Positions 49,560-63,376 of a stretch of DNA of 64,000 nucleotides are shown here, piece after piece (position 1 is the stretch's first letter; every line of letters begins with the position of its first letter). Source of the stretch: Octopus sinensis (taxonomy: Eukaryota); assembly GCF_006345805.1 (NCBI RefSeq), contig NC_042999.1, positions 150,536,001 through 150,600,000 on the forward strand, in the 5' to 3' direction. The position numbers and the translations under genes were made by a program. The notes below the pieces were generated by a model that was not told the DNA's origin, ran no database searches, and worked only from the letters and a program-made list of their open reading frames with translations.

Positions 49560-50750
49560 ACACCAAGTGTTGAAGTGCATCCCTTGACCAAGTTTGCATA
49601 CATGAGGCTGATAACATCATGAGACTTGGAAGCCAGCTCCTTGGAAGGCAGACTCTTTGTCTGATAACCTAGAACACATACCCAAAGAAGTCGCACGACT
49701 CTACCGCAGCGTATCATCAGATGAACAGATGAGCCTATATGAGCAGAAGAATATGCATGGATATGTTAGTAGAAAGCTCCGTGATGATAGTAACATCGAT
49801 CATCAAAGCAGTTTATTGTGGATCAGTAGCTGGATTACTACCTCCCACTTTGAAACGTATGCGTTTGCAATCCAGGAACAGGAAATATCAATCAAGTACC
49901 TGATGCACAAAAGGGAGAGAGATGCAGGAAAATCAATAAAATGTGACAACCAATGCAGACTTTGTGGAGTTCCCACTGAAGATATCACCCACATCATAAA
50001 CAGTTGTCTGAAAATGTCACCACGGTATTATCTGCTGATGAGACATAATGTTGTAGCTAGGACAGTCTATAAGGAAATTCGTCGGAAGGATAAACCCGAG
50101 GACAAAGAAATAAGAATCCACAATATTGTAGAAGCCATAGCCACTCATAATAAAAATGTCCCAGTGAAGACCTCAATAAAATGTAAGCACAACAGACTTG
50201 ATATAATGATTTGAGATAGAGAAGAGAAACTGTGCACAGTTGTGGAAATTTTCTGCCCAGCAGATGTTAACATAAAGCTGAATGTCAGTGAAAAAGAGAA
50301 CATCTATGCTGAACTATTGAGAAATCTGCAGTTACTCTATCCAGATTGCAAGTCCAGGTTTATACCTGTAAATATTAGGACACTGGGATGTATAACACAC
50401 TGCCTAAATACCAATCTTGAGAAATTAGGCTTCTCAAAGCCAGAAAGGAGAGAGCTGATTGGAAGATTACAGATCCAATCCATCACTGGAACTGTAAAAA
50501 ATCTGTAAAACTTTTCAGAAGTTTATCATTTAAGTATGAATAGACATATGAGTATGTCCAGATATGCAAGTATATGCATAAGAATACATACATAAAGCAA
50601 GACATATAAAGCTGCACATATACATACATACACGCATGCAAAAATACCCTGTTGTTGATGCTGGAATTCCAATGAAGGAGCCATGGATCTAGGTTAGAAA
50701 CCGGCTCTTTCTCTATTAGCAAGAAATCTTGAAATAAAACTGAATAATCA
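49560..50750 (+). mobile_element. R4/Dong-like non-LTR retrotransposon 3' part with REL endonuclease, in (CATA)n
   Basis: HG, AIQEQEI, CCHC knuckle CRLC..E..HI...C, RHN.V, (P)D..I...E...P.D.N...EK...Y..L; AATAAA then (CATA)n. Confidence 0.88.
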
Positions 50751-50811
50751 CATACATACATACATACATACATACATACATACATACATACATACATACA
50801 TACATACATGC

Positions 50812-51660
50812 ATGCATGCATGCAAGTCCAGGTTTATACCTGTAAATATTGGTGTCCAAGGATATCTAACACACTGCTTAAATACCAATCTTAAGAAATT
50901 AGACTTCTCAAAACCAGAAAGGAGAAAGCTAATTCAAAGACTTCAGATCCAATCCATCACTGGAACTATAAAAATCTGTAAAACTTTCCAGAAGTTTATC
51001 ATTTAAATATATATGAGCATGTCTAGATATGCAAATATATGCATAAGAATACATACATAAAACATACAAATCTGCATATACATACATACATACATACATA
51101 CATAATACATACATACATACATACACATACATACATACATACATACATACATACATACATACATGCATGCATGCATGCAAGTCCAGGTTTATACCTGTAA
51201 ATATTGGTGTCCAAGGATATCTAACACACTGCTTAAATACCAATCTTAAGAAATTAGACTTCTCAAAACCAGAAAGGAGAAAGCTAATTCAAAGACTTCA
51301 GATCCAATCCATCACTGGAACTATAAAAATCTGTAAAACTTTCCAGAAGTTTATCATTTAAATATATATGAGCATGTCTAGATATGCAAATATATGCATA
51401 AGAATACATACATAAAACATACAAATCTGCATATACATACATACATACATACATACATACATACATACATACGCACACATACACACCCACACACACATAC
51501 ATACATACATACATACATACATACATACATACATACATACATACATACCCTGTTGTTGATATTGAAATTCCAATGAAGTAACTTTGGATCTTGGTTAGAA
51601 ACCGGTCCTTTCTCTATTGGCAAGAAATCTTGAAATAAAACTGAATAATGACATACATAC
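50812..51660 (+). mobile_element. Two further tandem 3'-end copies of the R4/Dong-like element
   Basis: 50812-51006 and 51167-51361 translate identically; units are separated by (CATA)n. Confidence 0.85.
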
Positions 51661-51663
51661 ATA

Positions 51664-51920
51664 CAGTAATCCCTCGACTATCGCCCGTGTTACATTCTGG
51701 AACCCAAATATTGGGTGAAAATCCGCGAAGTAGAAACAGTACTGTAAATTATTTTAAAATTATTTTTATAATTTGTATATATTTATTTTATTATAAATGC
51801 AAAACAACACCACGGAGAAATTGACGTAAGCTTAAATAATAAACCGCGATAGGTGAACCGCGATAGGTGAACCGCGATAGGTGAACCGCGATAGGTGAAC
51901 CGCGATATGGCGAAAGATAC
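51664..51920. mobile_element. Tigger/pogo-like MITE with a 14 bp tandem array (AACCGCGATAGGTG x4+, 51842-51907)
   Basis: TA|CAGTAATCCCTCGACTATCGC left TIR; degenerate GCGATATGGCGAAAGATAC right end. Confidence 0.65.
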
Positions 51921-52639
51921 ATACATACATACATACATACATACATACATACATAAATACGTACGTACATACATACATATATACATGCGAACGTACATAT
52001 ATACGTAGGTATATACAAATAGACACATATACATACATAGACGCATACATACAGACGCATTACATACAGGGACATACATCTTTATATATACATACGCACA
52101 TGCATACATTGACATACATACCTATACACGTATGTAAATACATGCATATGCACATGCACATATGCATACAAAACACGCACACTCACACACACATTACAAT
52201 TAATAACAACACATAATTAAGGAGCAAAAAAGCATTACGGAAAACTGAGGGTGTAATTATAAGAGTTACTTCCCTTACAGAAGTTACCTCCCTTACATTG
52301 GTAGTGTAAAAAAAAAAAAAATCCACCTAACAATTATTTTTCACAATCGAACTGTACTCAATCCATTCTCTTTTTTAATCGTTCTTCCTGACACTGGCAT
52401 AGACATCCAAGTTGAGCCCCTTGTGATATACTTAGAAATATTACAGTATTAACAAATATCACAGAAATCCACTGAACGTGGAATGCTGTCTTCATTGGTG
52501 TGTACGTGTTTGTGTGTGTGTGTATGTGTGAGAGAGAGAGAGAGTGTGTGAGTGTGTGTGTGCATGTGTGTGCGCGCGCTTGAGTGCGTGCGCGCGCATG
52601 TGTTTTTGAGTATTAAAGCTTGTTTTTTATGTTATAATA

Positions 52640-53837
52640 TTAGGTTGTTTCATATGAAATGTCGTATTTGAAAGGTAACAATAAAACGCTTCAGAAGTGT
52701 TTGATCCATGATCATTTATGACGTTTACCCAAGGTTTTTCTTTGTCATATATTCCATCTTTAAAAAAAAATCATCTTTGCTGTGATATACTGTCCGAATT
52801 CTTCAATTACCTCTTCTCTATTTAAGAATGTTTTATTGCTTATGAAAAGCTCAAAATGCTTAAATAAGTGATGATCAGTAGGAGAGATATCAAGGGAATA
52901 GGGAGGATGTTGCAAAATCTCATAATTCAGGCTTTGCAACTTTTGGACCGTAGCTTGAGGAGTGTGAGGACGTGCACTGTCGTAGAGCAAAATTGGGTCA
53001 TCTCTATTGACTAATTTTTTACAAATTCTCATGCGTACAATCAGTTTCCTGGCAATACGATATTGCTGTTACCGTTTTACCTTCTTGCAAAAATGAATAA
53101 TGAATAACTCCCTTCGCAAACCACCATACAATGACCACAAACATTTTAGAGTGCAATGGTAGGTTTTGGTAGAGTTTAGGTGACTCTCCTGCATCTAATC
53201 ACTGTCCTGTTCTGTTGTCAAAGAGTATCCATTTCTCATCACAGGTAATGATTTAATGCAAAAATGGTCTTTTTCCAGTCGAGAAAGCAATAAAGAGCAT
53301 ACTTCGAGGCGTCTGATTTTTAAAAATCTCGTTCAGTTGATGTGGAACAAACCTATCCGTTTTCTTGATTTTTAAAGGTGTCCAAAAACAGTTGTGCGAG
53401 ATATTTGGAATTCTGACGAAAGTTTACGAACCTTTGTGCTCGGATTTTGTTCAAATAAAGCATTTAATCCATCATGCCGAATAACTGATTTTGGTCTACC
53501 CCTTGGTTTATTTTCAAGGCTATCATCTCCTGAACGAGAGCTTTGGAACTATCTTTGAACAATTCTGATGTCGACAAAACCATTAACAAAGGCCCGCTTG
53601 ATATTCCGTAGAGCTTCTGCGGCAGAGTAACCCAGTTTGTATTCATACGAGAAAATCCCTCAACGTAGTTTGGTTGTTATCATTTTCATAATTTCTGTGG
53701 GTACGAAGTTTGAATACCAATATTGCTGGGAAAGAAAAAGAGTCAAGATTAAATGCAAGGATATACATAATTGAGTTTTTAAATGACTGAAATAACAAGT
53801 AATTGAAAAATGCGACATTTCATGTGAAACAACCCAA
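52640..53837 (-). mobile_element. Full-length (~1.2 kb) degenerate mariner
   Basis: TIR TTAGGTTGTTTCATATGAAATGTCG / CGACATTTCATGTGAAACAACCCAA, TA TSD; [34 protein letters not shown]. Confidence 0.92.
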
Positions 53838-54497
53838 TAAAAGCTGTCTTACATAAAATTGAAAGATTACCCAATAGCATGTATATGTATGTATGTAAAA
53901 ATTATAATAAGGGTGCTGAATGATTTCAACACCAATCTGCTAGAAATAGACCCCAAATGATCCATGAACCACTTAGATTATTACTCCAGTACATATGGTT
54001 GTAAGCAAGGAAAATAGACAGCGATGATTTATAGAATAATTATTAAATCAGAAACTACTGTTGCAAATATACAACTGTAATTTTTAAAAATATCTTTTAG
54101 TAGGAAAGGCAGGACCAATTTGCCAGCATTCATGCATGTGCAAGCGTGCATGCACATACACAGTGCATACATACATGCATATATATATACATGCATACGT
54201 ATATATAGCCATGCATTTATCCATCCATTAATCCATTCGTTCATCCATCCATACACACATATAAATACATACACACGTATAAATGCATGCATGCATGCAT
54301 CCATCCATCCATCCATCCATGCCTGCATGTATGTTTGTATGTATTGCTGGCCTTGTGCCAAAATTTGAAACTAATACATACAACACTTTTCTTTTCAGTT
54401 CTTCTTTCGAACCCTTTTCATGTTGCAGCTTTCGGCAGTTTTACTTGCCTCAGGCATCAAGTTGGCATTTGGATTGGATCTATAAAAAATAATTTAC

Positions 54498-54559
54498 GAT
54501 TCGCGCGAAATTCGAACTAGGAGCCTCTCCGGGCACCCGAAGCGAGAATCATACTCTAG
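54498..54559 (-). pseudogene. 5'-truncated, degenerate tRNA-Pro(CGG) pseudogene
   Basis: Minus strand reads CTAGAGTATGATTCTCGCTTCGGGTGC..GGAGAGG.TCCTAGTTCGAATT, matching the D-arm, anticodon arm and T-arm of eukaryotic tRNA-Pro. The 5' acceptor strand is missing; a T-run follows. Confidence 0.72.
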
Positions 54560-54811
54560 GTTGTTTCTGATAGGACTCTATGGAGGAGGTGCCTGAGGAC
54601 TGTATCCCCAGGAATTGTGGGTGGAGAAGATGGCTAGATGGACGGTCGGACGGTCAAATGGATGTTTTGTCTAGTACTTCTCTCGGGACCACTTTACTAC
54701 ATTCCTTTATCAGATGTGATATATTTTCACCTTTCTCTCCATTTATTATTTTATGTAATTATAATAAACAAATTGAAAGTATTTGGTACTCGGTTTATCA
54801 AGTCTCAGACG

Positions 54812-55308
54812 CTGCGCAGCACTTCATGGCTCAGCACTGCATAGCTCAGCACTGTATGACTCAGCACAGCAAGGCTCGGTACTGCATGGTTCAACACTGC
54901 ATTGCTCAACACTGCATGGATCAGCACTGCATAGTTCACCACTGCATTGCTCAACAATGCATGGATCAGCACTGCACGGATCAGCACTGCATAGCTCAAT
55001 ACTGCATGGATCAGTACTATATAGTTCAACACTGCATTGCTCAACACTACATGGATCAGCACAGCAAGGTTCAACACTGCATGGATCAGCACTGCATGGC
55101 TCAACATTGCATGGGTTAGCATTACATGGTTCAACACAGCAAGGCTCAGTACTGCATGGTTGAACCAACACTGCATTTCTCAGCACTGCATGGATCAGCA
55201 TTGCGTGGATCACTACTGCAAGGATCAACATTACTTGGCTCATCAAAACAAGGCTCAGAACTGCTTGGATCAGTACTGCATGGATCAGCATTGCATGGAC
55301 CAACACTT
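54812..55308. repeat. 15 bp minisatellite (TCAGCACTGCATGGA-like, roughly 30 units)
   Basis: Period-15 repeat giving QHCMD / SALHG / PCSAE pentapeptides in different frames. Confidence 0.9.
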
Positions 55309-55439
55309 CCGTTTCAGAATTCCTACTTGATTTTCACAGATAACTCTGACTTCATAATATTATTGATTTTATTTAGAACTTTATTATTTAACCTCATTCG
55401 TAATCGGTGAACAATAGCATTGTTGGTTACAGTTTTCCA

Positions 55440-56130
55440 ACGGGACATAAGAAATATCATAAAGGAGTTCTAAAAATACTAATATTTTAGTTTCTCGGCG
55501 ATGCTTACATCCTTCGCTGATAAACATCGGAAAAATTTATGCATCTTTTTCTTCCGCAAGAAAGGTACCTTCATCTCTATAGTAACCAGTACCATGATAG
55601 CAACAGTGCGTATGCAGACACAGTTCTCCTTGCGTTCCAGTTCGATCGAAGTGCTCCTCAAAGTTTCCTCATGCGTTAAAGCATGCAAGAAAGGAAAAAA
55701 GAAGCCATCCTTAAACAGACGACAAGCTCGATCCAGCGACCTCAGTCTCTGAAAGCAGGACTGAAATCGATTGCCCTTAGGACTGCCACCAACTAGCGAT
55801 GGTCGAACATGCTGTAAGCCTAAGAGCGAAACTCCATATTTATTCATTTGTGAATAAATATGGAATTTCCATTGTTATTCATCTATCTATATCTATTCCA
55901 GGCCCACTTTATAATGCATTGCACGAGAAGACCGTTTCTGTGATTAGATCTGCCAATGATCGCATTATCATGCGTGTATCGGACAACACTATCCTCTTGG
56001 TATGGATCTTTGTCAAATATTTTAACCCTATTTTTAACAGGGGTATGGGTCTGAAGTTACTTACAGCGTCCGCCTTGCGCAAATCCTTCTTCGGCAACAT
56101 CACCACTCCGTGGCTCTCAAGATTGGTTCC
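55440..56130 (-). mobile_element. L1/Tx1-like LINE fragments (a further piece at ~57190-57530)
   Basis: VMLPKKD...NFRPIPLL...K.LTKI RT-domain start; C-terminal remnants. Confidence 0.7.
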
Positions 56131-56184
56131 ATTTATTTGCTACAAATGTACAGAATGAGCAAATTACAAAAATAGAAACAGTGT

Positions 56185-57020
56185 GGTTGGGGTAACCAAA
56201 AGAAACAGGAATTTTTGCAATATTATTTTATTCACTTAGCTTTACATGTTTACACTTTTATTGTTTTCAAAGTATTCTCCATTTGAAGCAATACATCGGT
56301 TCTGGCACGTTTTCCACTATTCGAAGTAGTCCTGGAACTCTTGCGAAGTGATGCCTTTTAACGCCGCCGTCATTTTTGTTTTTCGTCACCTCTTCCACAT
56401 CTGCAAATTCCGTACACCAGCTTTCGTCACCAGTGATGATCTTCGAAAAAAGGTCTGGGTCAACTTCCAACTGTTCTTTCAGTTCACGACATGCATTCAG
56501 TTGTGGATGCCTTTGATCTTCCGTGAAGACGGGTAGCTTAGTGGTTAGGGGCATTCAGCTCATGAGCGTATGGTCATGAGTTCAATTCACGGCGGCGCGT
56601 TGTGTCCTTGAGCAAGACACTTTATTTCACGTTGCTCCAGTCCACTCAGCTGGCAAAAATGAGTAGTACCTGTATTTCAAAGGGTCAACCTTGTCACACT
56701 CTGTGTCACGCTGAATCTCCCTGAGGACTACGTTAAGGGTACACGTATTTGTGGAGTGCTCAGCCACTTGCACGTTAATTTCACGTGCAAGCTGTTCCGT
56801 TGATTGTATCAGCTGGGACCCTCGTCGTCGCAACTGACAACAAAATTTCGTGGAAGCACGCTGTCCCTTCGTTTCAGCCATCACAAAAAAGAAGCACTGC
56901 AAAACAAAAACGCACCACGTGGCAGTACGACTTCACCCGACAACGTCAGTCAAAAGACTGATGCCTGAGGGTCGCATCAAGTGGCTTCTAGTGGTGGAAG
57001 CCTGAAATACAACGGGTTTG
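56185..57020 (-). mobile_element. Deleted mariner interrupted by a family C SINE (56530-56835)
   Basis: MAETKGQRASTKFCCQL N-terminus and DPDLFSKIITGDESWC lie on either side of the SINE. Confidence 0.78.
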
Positions 57021-58877
57021 TCCCACAGACGATGTTATCCCTTGGATAACATCGGTGGTGTGGAGAGGGAGGGGCAATCTAATACAAAATATGTGAAAAC
57101 ATTTATGATGAAGTCGTCCTTACACAACAAAACCTTCAACTAGAGTCAGTCAAGGAACCCCACAGATCCAATGTCACCCTGACAATCAAGGACAGAAGGC
57201 CTCGCCAAGCTGTTGTTCTCCAGTCTACAGTCACATGCTTAGAATAGGTCCATCTACCTAACCATTTTGGCCAGAGTCACCTACCTTTTGACAAATTCCC
57301 TGAGTGAGGGCACTTTCCTCTTCACCCCTATTTCCCTTTCCAAACGGAACCTAAAACGCCAATGTGGGCTTGACCGAAGAGGAAAGTGTCTGTCCTAAAT
57401 CCTTTCAGCCTTGTCTACCACACAACTTCTTTCGCTATGGCCGCTAGACAGAGCAACACCGCCTGTCTTGTCTTGTCAAAGGTTGATGACGAGGCGATCC
57501 TCACGATGGACTCGGTCGATAGGGGGATTCGTCTGGTTTCAAATTTTGGCATAAGACAAACAATTTCAGGTTAGAGGATTATGTCGATTGCATCGACCCC
57601 ATTACTCTACTGGTATTTATTTTATCGACCCTGAAAGGATGAAATGCAAGGTCAGCCTCGGCGTTTTTTAAAACTCAGAATGCAGTAGGAGCACTCCGTC
57701 AGTTACGACGACGAGGGTCCCAGCTGATACGATCAACGGAACAGCTTGCTCGTGAAATTAACGTGCAAGTGACTGAGCAATCCACAGACACGTGTACCCC
57801 TAATGTAGTTCTTAGGGAGATTCAGCGTGACACAGAGTGTGACAATGCTGGCCCTTAGAAATACAGGTACTACTCAATTTTGCCAGCTAAGTGGACAGGA
57901 GAAACGTAAAATAAAGTGTCTTGCTCAAGGACACAACGCGTCGCCGGGAATTGAACTCACGACCTTACAATTGTGAGCCGAATACCCTAACCACTAAGCC
58001 ACGCGCCTTCACACTCAGAATGTAAGGCTGAAAGAAATGCCGCTATGCATTTTGTTCGACGCACAAATGATTTTGCCAGCTCGCTGCCTCCAGTTATAAT
58101 GGTTTCAAATTTTGGCACTAGGTAAACAATTCTGAGGAGAGGAACAAGTCAATAACATCGACCCTAGTACTTGACGCTAAGCATTTTGTTCGACGCTCTG
58201 ACGATTAAAGCAGCTCGCCGTCTTACAACGGTTTCTAATTTAGACAGAAGACCACTAATTCTGAGCAGTGGGGAATAAAATGCCAGAACATAGCCGGTAC
58301 TTTATTTTACCGACCACAAAGGGATGAAAGGCAAAATTGACATGGATGGGATTTGAACTCAGAACATGAAGATCCGAAAGAAATACCACAAAATATCTTT
58401 TACGATGATTAACCGATTCTGCCAGCTAATAATCCTTTCTATTGTTGGTACAAGGCCTTGAGAGAAGGGACTAGACGATTGTGTCATCCGACCCCAGTTC
58501 ATAACTGGTACTAATTTTTATCGACCCCGAAAGGTATGGAAGGAAAAGTTGACCTCGGCAGAATTTGAACTCAGAACATAAAGACGGACGAAATGCAGCT
58601 AAGCATTTTGTTCGGCGTGCTAACGATTCTGGCAGATCGCCGCCCTCTACCTGCTAATAATAATTAATTGATTCCGTCATAAGGGCAAGGTCTGACATTT
58701 GTGGAGAAGGGAGCAGTTTATTGAATTAACTCCAGTACTTTAATTCATTGAACCCAGAGGGATGAAAGGCAAAAGTTGACCTCGTCGGGATTTGAACTCA
58801 AGAACATAAAGAGCCGGAACGAATGCCGCAAAGCATTTCGTCGCCTCTCTAATGGTTCTGCCAATCCAATAAAAACA

Positions 58878-58981
58878 ATAATAATGATGATGATGATGGT
58901 GGTGGTGGTGGTGGTGGTTGTGGTGGTGGGGTGTTGATGATGATGATGATGATGATGATGACGATGATGATGATGACGATC

Positions 58982-59021
<40 letters not shown>

Positions 59022-59102
59022 CGATGATGATGATGATGATGACGATGATGATGATGATGGTGGTGGTGGGGTGTTGATGATGGTGATGATGATGACGACG
59101 AC

Positions 59103-59147
<45 letters not shown>

Positions 59148-59190
59148 AACGATGATGACGATGATGACGATGATGATGATGATGATGATC
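58878..59190. repeat. Compound (GAT)n/(GGT)n/(GAC) microsatellite
   Basis: Direct reading; source of the poly-H/S/D/M pseudo-ORFs. Confidence 0.95.
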
Positions 59191-59719
59191 TAATACGCGA
59201 AAATACCACGACGACTCGGATGCTATTTAGCGATATGTCCAACGCCTGCCTGCTTCTTTTTTCTAATTTTTTTTTTTTTATCTATCTTCAGGGGCCATTG
59301 CTGTGGTATAATTATTAACTCTGCAGACACGCAAATTACTAATAACCATCTATCTCTGACAGCCGTTCAAATTATATATTTGTTTAATAAACAAGACATG
59401 AAGCGGGGCTTCTCAACCGTACCTTTTCGGCAACTCATTCAAGATTTATTTATTTACTCAACTGCAAAACAAACAATTTAATGGCACTTTTTACCGGTGT
59501 GATTTTACTGATTTTCTTTCGGTTGAACGATTGGACTTACGGACAGACGGATCCTTGTTCATTTTTTTTTCTTTTTCATTTTTAATAGATGTTTTTGCTG
59601 TTGGTGTTATGATTGTAAACAATTTTTTGGTGGAGGAGTGTAGTTGGATAAATTTTATAACGTAGCGGACAACCACACTAAGAGCTATTGGTTTGAATCC
59701 TTTCATTAGTATCACCTTA

Positions 59720-59990
59720 GTATTTTGTAGCTAAAACGGCCGACAAATATGGAGACCTGGAAATTGGGATAAACAAAACGTGGCAGCTGTGAGAGGCAAA
59801 CATAAAAGTCGTCCCTGTTGTCACCGGAGCATTGGGTTCAATACCACCCAACTTGAAGAAACAGCTGGACACTTTAGAAATATCATACGATCTTGATGTA
59901 TTGCAAAAATCAGCTTTACTTGGAATTGCATGCATACTGCGCAAAGTGCTGTTTGTCTGGGGTCCTTGTTGTGACTTGACAGACAGCACA
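59720..59990 (+). mobile_element. R4/Dong-like retrotransposon C-terminal fragment (second family)
   Basis: KYGDL...VVPVVTGALGSIP...LQKSALLGIACILRKVL. Confidence 0.75.
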
Positions 59991-61391
59991 AATCCCCCGG
60001 CACATACAATGTCTTCGAGTGGCCGTGTGGTAAGTGGCTTGCTTACCAACCACATGGTTCCGGGTTCATTCCCATTGCATGGATTTGGACGAAACTTTCA
60101 GGGATATTTGGCCTCGTGACTGGCACGAACTGATTAAATTTTGGGAGCGGTCCGGTGCCGGACAAGGATTCTGGATTATTTTGCCGTTTTTTTTTACTTA
60201 ATCTTTGAGAGCAGTCGGGTTCATTTTTAGTATTCTCGTTTGTGAGAGCAGTCGAATTTATTTCAGACATTCCAATCATGCCCTACTCATGTTATTTTTT
60301 CAGCATAGAAGCAGCAGAGTTGGTACTCTACTGCTTCTATGCGCTCTCACCTTAATTAATAGGCATGATAGTGCCTATTAATTAAGGTTTGTGCCCCTCT
60401 CATTCTGAGTCCGAGGTGATTGTTCTTTTCTCGCTCCTTTGCAATGCATCTGGCCACGGTATTGATAAAACTACATATACTTACATCGATCCATCGATCC
60501 ATCGATCCATCGATCCATCTATACATACATACATACATACATACATACATACATACTCTTTTACGTCATTTGACTGCGGCCATGCTGGAGCACCGCCTTT
60601 AGTCGACCTCAGAACTTATTCTTTGTAAGCCTAGCACTTATTCTATCGGTTACTTTTGCCGAACCGCTAAGTTACGGGGACGTAAACACACCAGCATCGG
60701 TTATCAAGCGATGCTGGGGGTGGGGGACAAACACTGACACACAAACATATACACACATATACATACATAATACGACGGGTTTCTTTCAGTTTCCGTCTAC
60801 CAAATCCACTTACAAGGCTTTGGTGGGCCCGAGGCTATAGCAGAAGACACTTGCCCAAGGTGCCACGCGGTGGGACTGAACCCAGAACCATGTGGTTGGT
60901 AAGCAAGCTACTTACCACACAGCCACTAAGCTTCATACCCATTATTATTAGAACAAGACACATACCAACCCGTCTGGAGCAAAGTATGGCTGAACTTGGA
61001 TCCTTAGGGGAAGAATGCAGATCCTTAATTCATTAGCTACAAATGATCCCGTTATCTTGAACTATAGAATTCTGCAAGACCTTAAGATTTACAGGATGAT
61101 GAAGAAAACAAGGTGCTTTCATTTACAGCTTTGCTACCAAGTAGGTGTACGGTCAAAATTTATTCTAACTTAAATAGAGAAAGAGAATACATAAACCATT
61201 AGCATAACTGTTTTTCAATAAATTGGCTATCCAGATTCTTCATTTCCCAAGCATCACCGAGGGACTCGCTAGTTAATAAATGTGTGCGTATGTGATATAA
61301 CATCAATTTATGTGATTACTGAAAAATAATAGAAAAAAAATTTATTTCATATAAAATATTAGTAATAATTTCTTAGCGGGTTAGCAGGATT

Positions 61392-61464
61392 GGCCGCGTG
61401 GCCTAATGGACAAGGCGTCTGACTTCGAATCAGAAGATTGCGAGTTCGAGTCTCGTCGTGGTCG
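61392..61464 (+). tRNA. tRNA-Arg (anticodon TCG)
   Basis: GGCCGCGTGGCCTAATGGACAAGGCGTCTGACTTCGAATCAGAAGATTGCGAGTTCGAGTCTCGTCGTGGTCG; 73 nt cloverleaf, A/B boxes, T-run terminator just downstream. Confidence 0.96.
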
Positions 61465-61527
61465 AATAATTTTTATTTTTTTAACTTTTTTTTTTCATTA
61501 GGTGTCATTGCTGATAACATATGTGAA

Positions 61528-61570
<43 letters not shown>

Positions 61571-61583
61571 AAACACTTTGATT

Positions 61584-61730
61584 GGGTTCCATGCTACTGC
61601 AAGTTACGCAAGCCTCTAACGGGAGCCAAGCCTGAAGGAGTCGGGCTCCCCATAGGAGCCTGCGAAGCTCGAAGTAGCACGGAATTGAATCGAACAGTTT
61701 TGAATAATATACATAACTCCTACTAAATAT
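61584..61730. mobile_element. Palindromic Penelope-like remnant with hammerhead-like variant
   Basis: Same motif as 34948-35104. Its flank GAATAATATACATAACTCCTACTAAAT is the approximate reverse complement of 34948-34978. Confidence 0.55.
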
Positions 61731-61758
61731 TTGCCCTTTTCGTTTCTTTGTCTACTTA

Positions 61759-61801
<43 letters not shown>

Positions 61802-62010
61802 ACCGCTAACTCCAAAAATCTTTATTTTTCTATTCCCTCTCTGTTTATTTCCCCGTGTTCCTTTCTGTTCAAGGGCGTAGGGTCCAAACGTAAAATATTT
61901 TCTCACCTTCCCGAGCGTTAAACTAATACACCACTATATTGTTTATACACCTATCTTCGTCTTTTGTCTTTCTGTATGTGTGTGTATGTATACACACACA
62001 CACACGCACA

Positions 62011-62042
<32 letters not shown>

Positions 62043-62059
62043 TGCACGCATACATCTAT

Positions 62060-63089
62060 GCGTCTGAATTTCAGAGACCGTATTGTCGGTCATTCTGAAG
62101 GTGGACATAGTCAGTGTAAAATCGTAGAAAACCTTGGGATCCCGCTTTCTACAATTAATAGAGTGACTGCGCAATTCACCAGAGAGAGGAAGGAGTCCAC
62201 ATCACCTCGCTCAGATCAACCAGGGCCCTCTGACAGGACCCTTCTCTTTGTTAAGAGAAGGGTGGAGGATAATCCTCGTTGCAAGGCCTCTGACATAACA
62301 AAACAAGTTGATGTCAGTCCCGGAACAGCTATCGGGCATCTACATAAACTTGGTTACTATGACAGAGTAGCAAGAAGTAAGCCACTTTTTCAACAAGTCA
62401 ACATCAAGTGGAGAAAAGATTGGGCTAGTGAGATGGTGGAGAGGCCACTAGCATTTTGGGTCACTGTAATATTCTCTGATGAGTCCAGATTGGCTGTATT
62501 TCTGCGGTCGAATGTGGGTCTGGAGAGTCTGTGATAAAAAATTTGAAGTGAAAAGATTACAGCCAACAATGAAACACGGCAGTTATTCTGTGATAGTCTG
62601 GGGAGCAATTTGGAGCAATGGTTGATCAGAGTTAGTGGAGTGTAAAGGAAACATAAACTCAGATAAATATGTGTCTATATTGTAGAAAGGGGTCCTAATT
62701 TTCTCCTGTGGTGAAATGATTAAAGCCTTTTTATTTATGGAAGATGAGGCTCCTTGTCACATGGATAAAATGACCCAAGAGTTGTTGAATGAGATTGTAT
62801 GAACCCTATTGAACATCTCTGAGACACAATGGACAGGATACTTAATAAAAAGAACAAGAAAGCATCTCTAAAACTAGATCTTTTAAGATTATTGTATGAA
62901 AATTAGCAAGAAATTCCGCAAGAGAATATTCGTCATCTGATCGAATAAGGTCCTTGTACCGAAAAATGCAAAGGGCATGTCTACTAAATATTAAATATTC
63001 ACATTATAACAATTAATAAATAATTTGAATGTATAATTTCAGATTTAAATAAATTTTAATGATTATAAGGGTGTCTATTTACTTCTGTC

Positions 63090-63090
<1 letters not shown>
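62060..63090 (+). mobile_element. Degenerate Tc1-like transposon between the two tRNA-Arg genes
   Basis: HTH region [50 protein letters not shown] remnants. Confidence 0.85.
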
Positions 63091-63330
<240 letters not shown>

Positions 63331-63376
63331 GTATTATGAAATATATTAAAAGTATTTTTAGCACCGTCTCTCGGTT

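Noticed and set aside
51842-51907. Iteron- or CRISPR-like 14 bp array
   Set aside because: Spacer-less tandem expansion of a MITE subterminal motif.
58745-59242. Poly-His/Ser/Asp ORFs
   Set aside because: Pure trinucleotide microsatellite.
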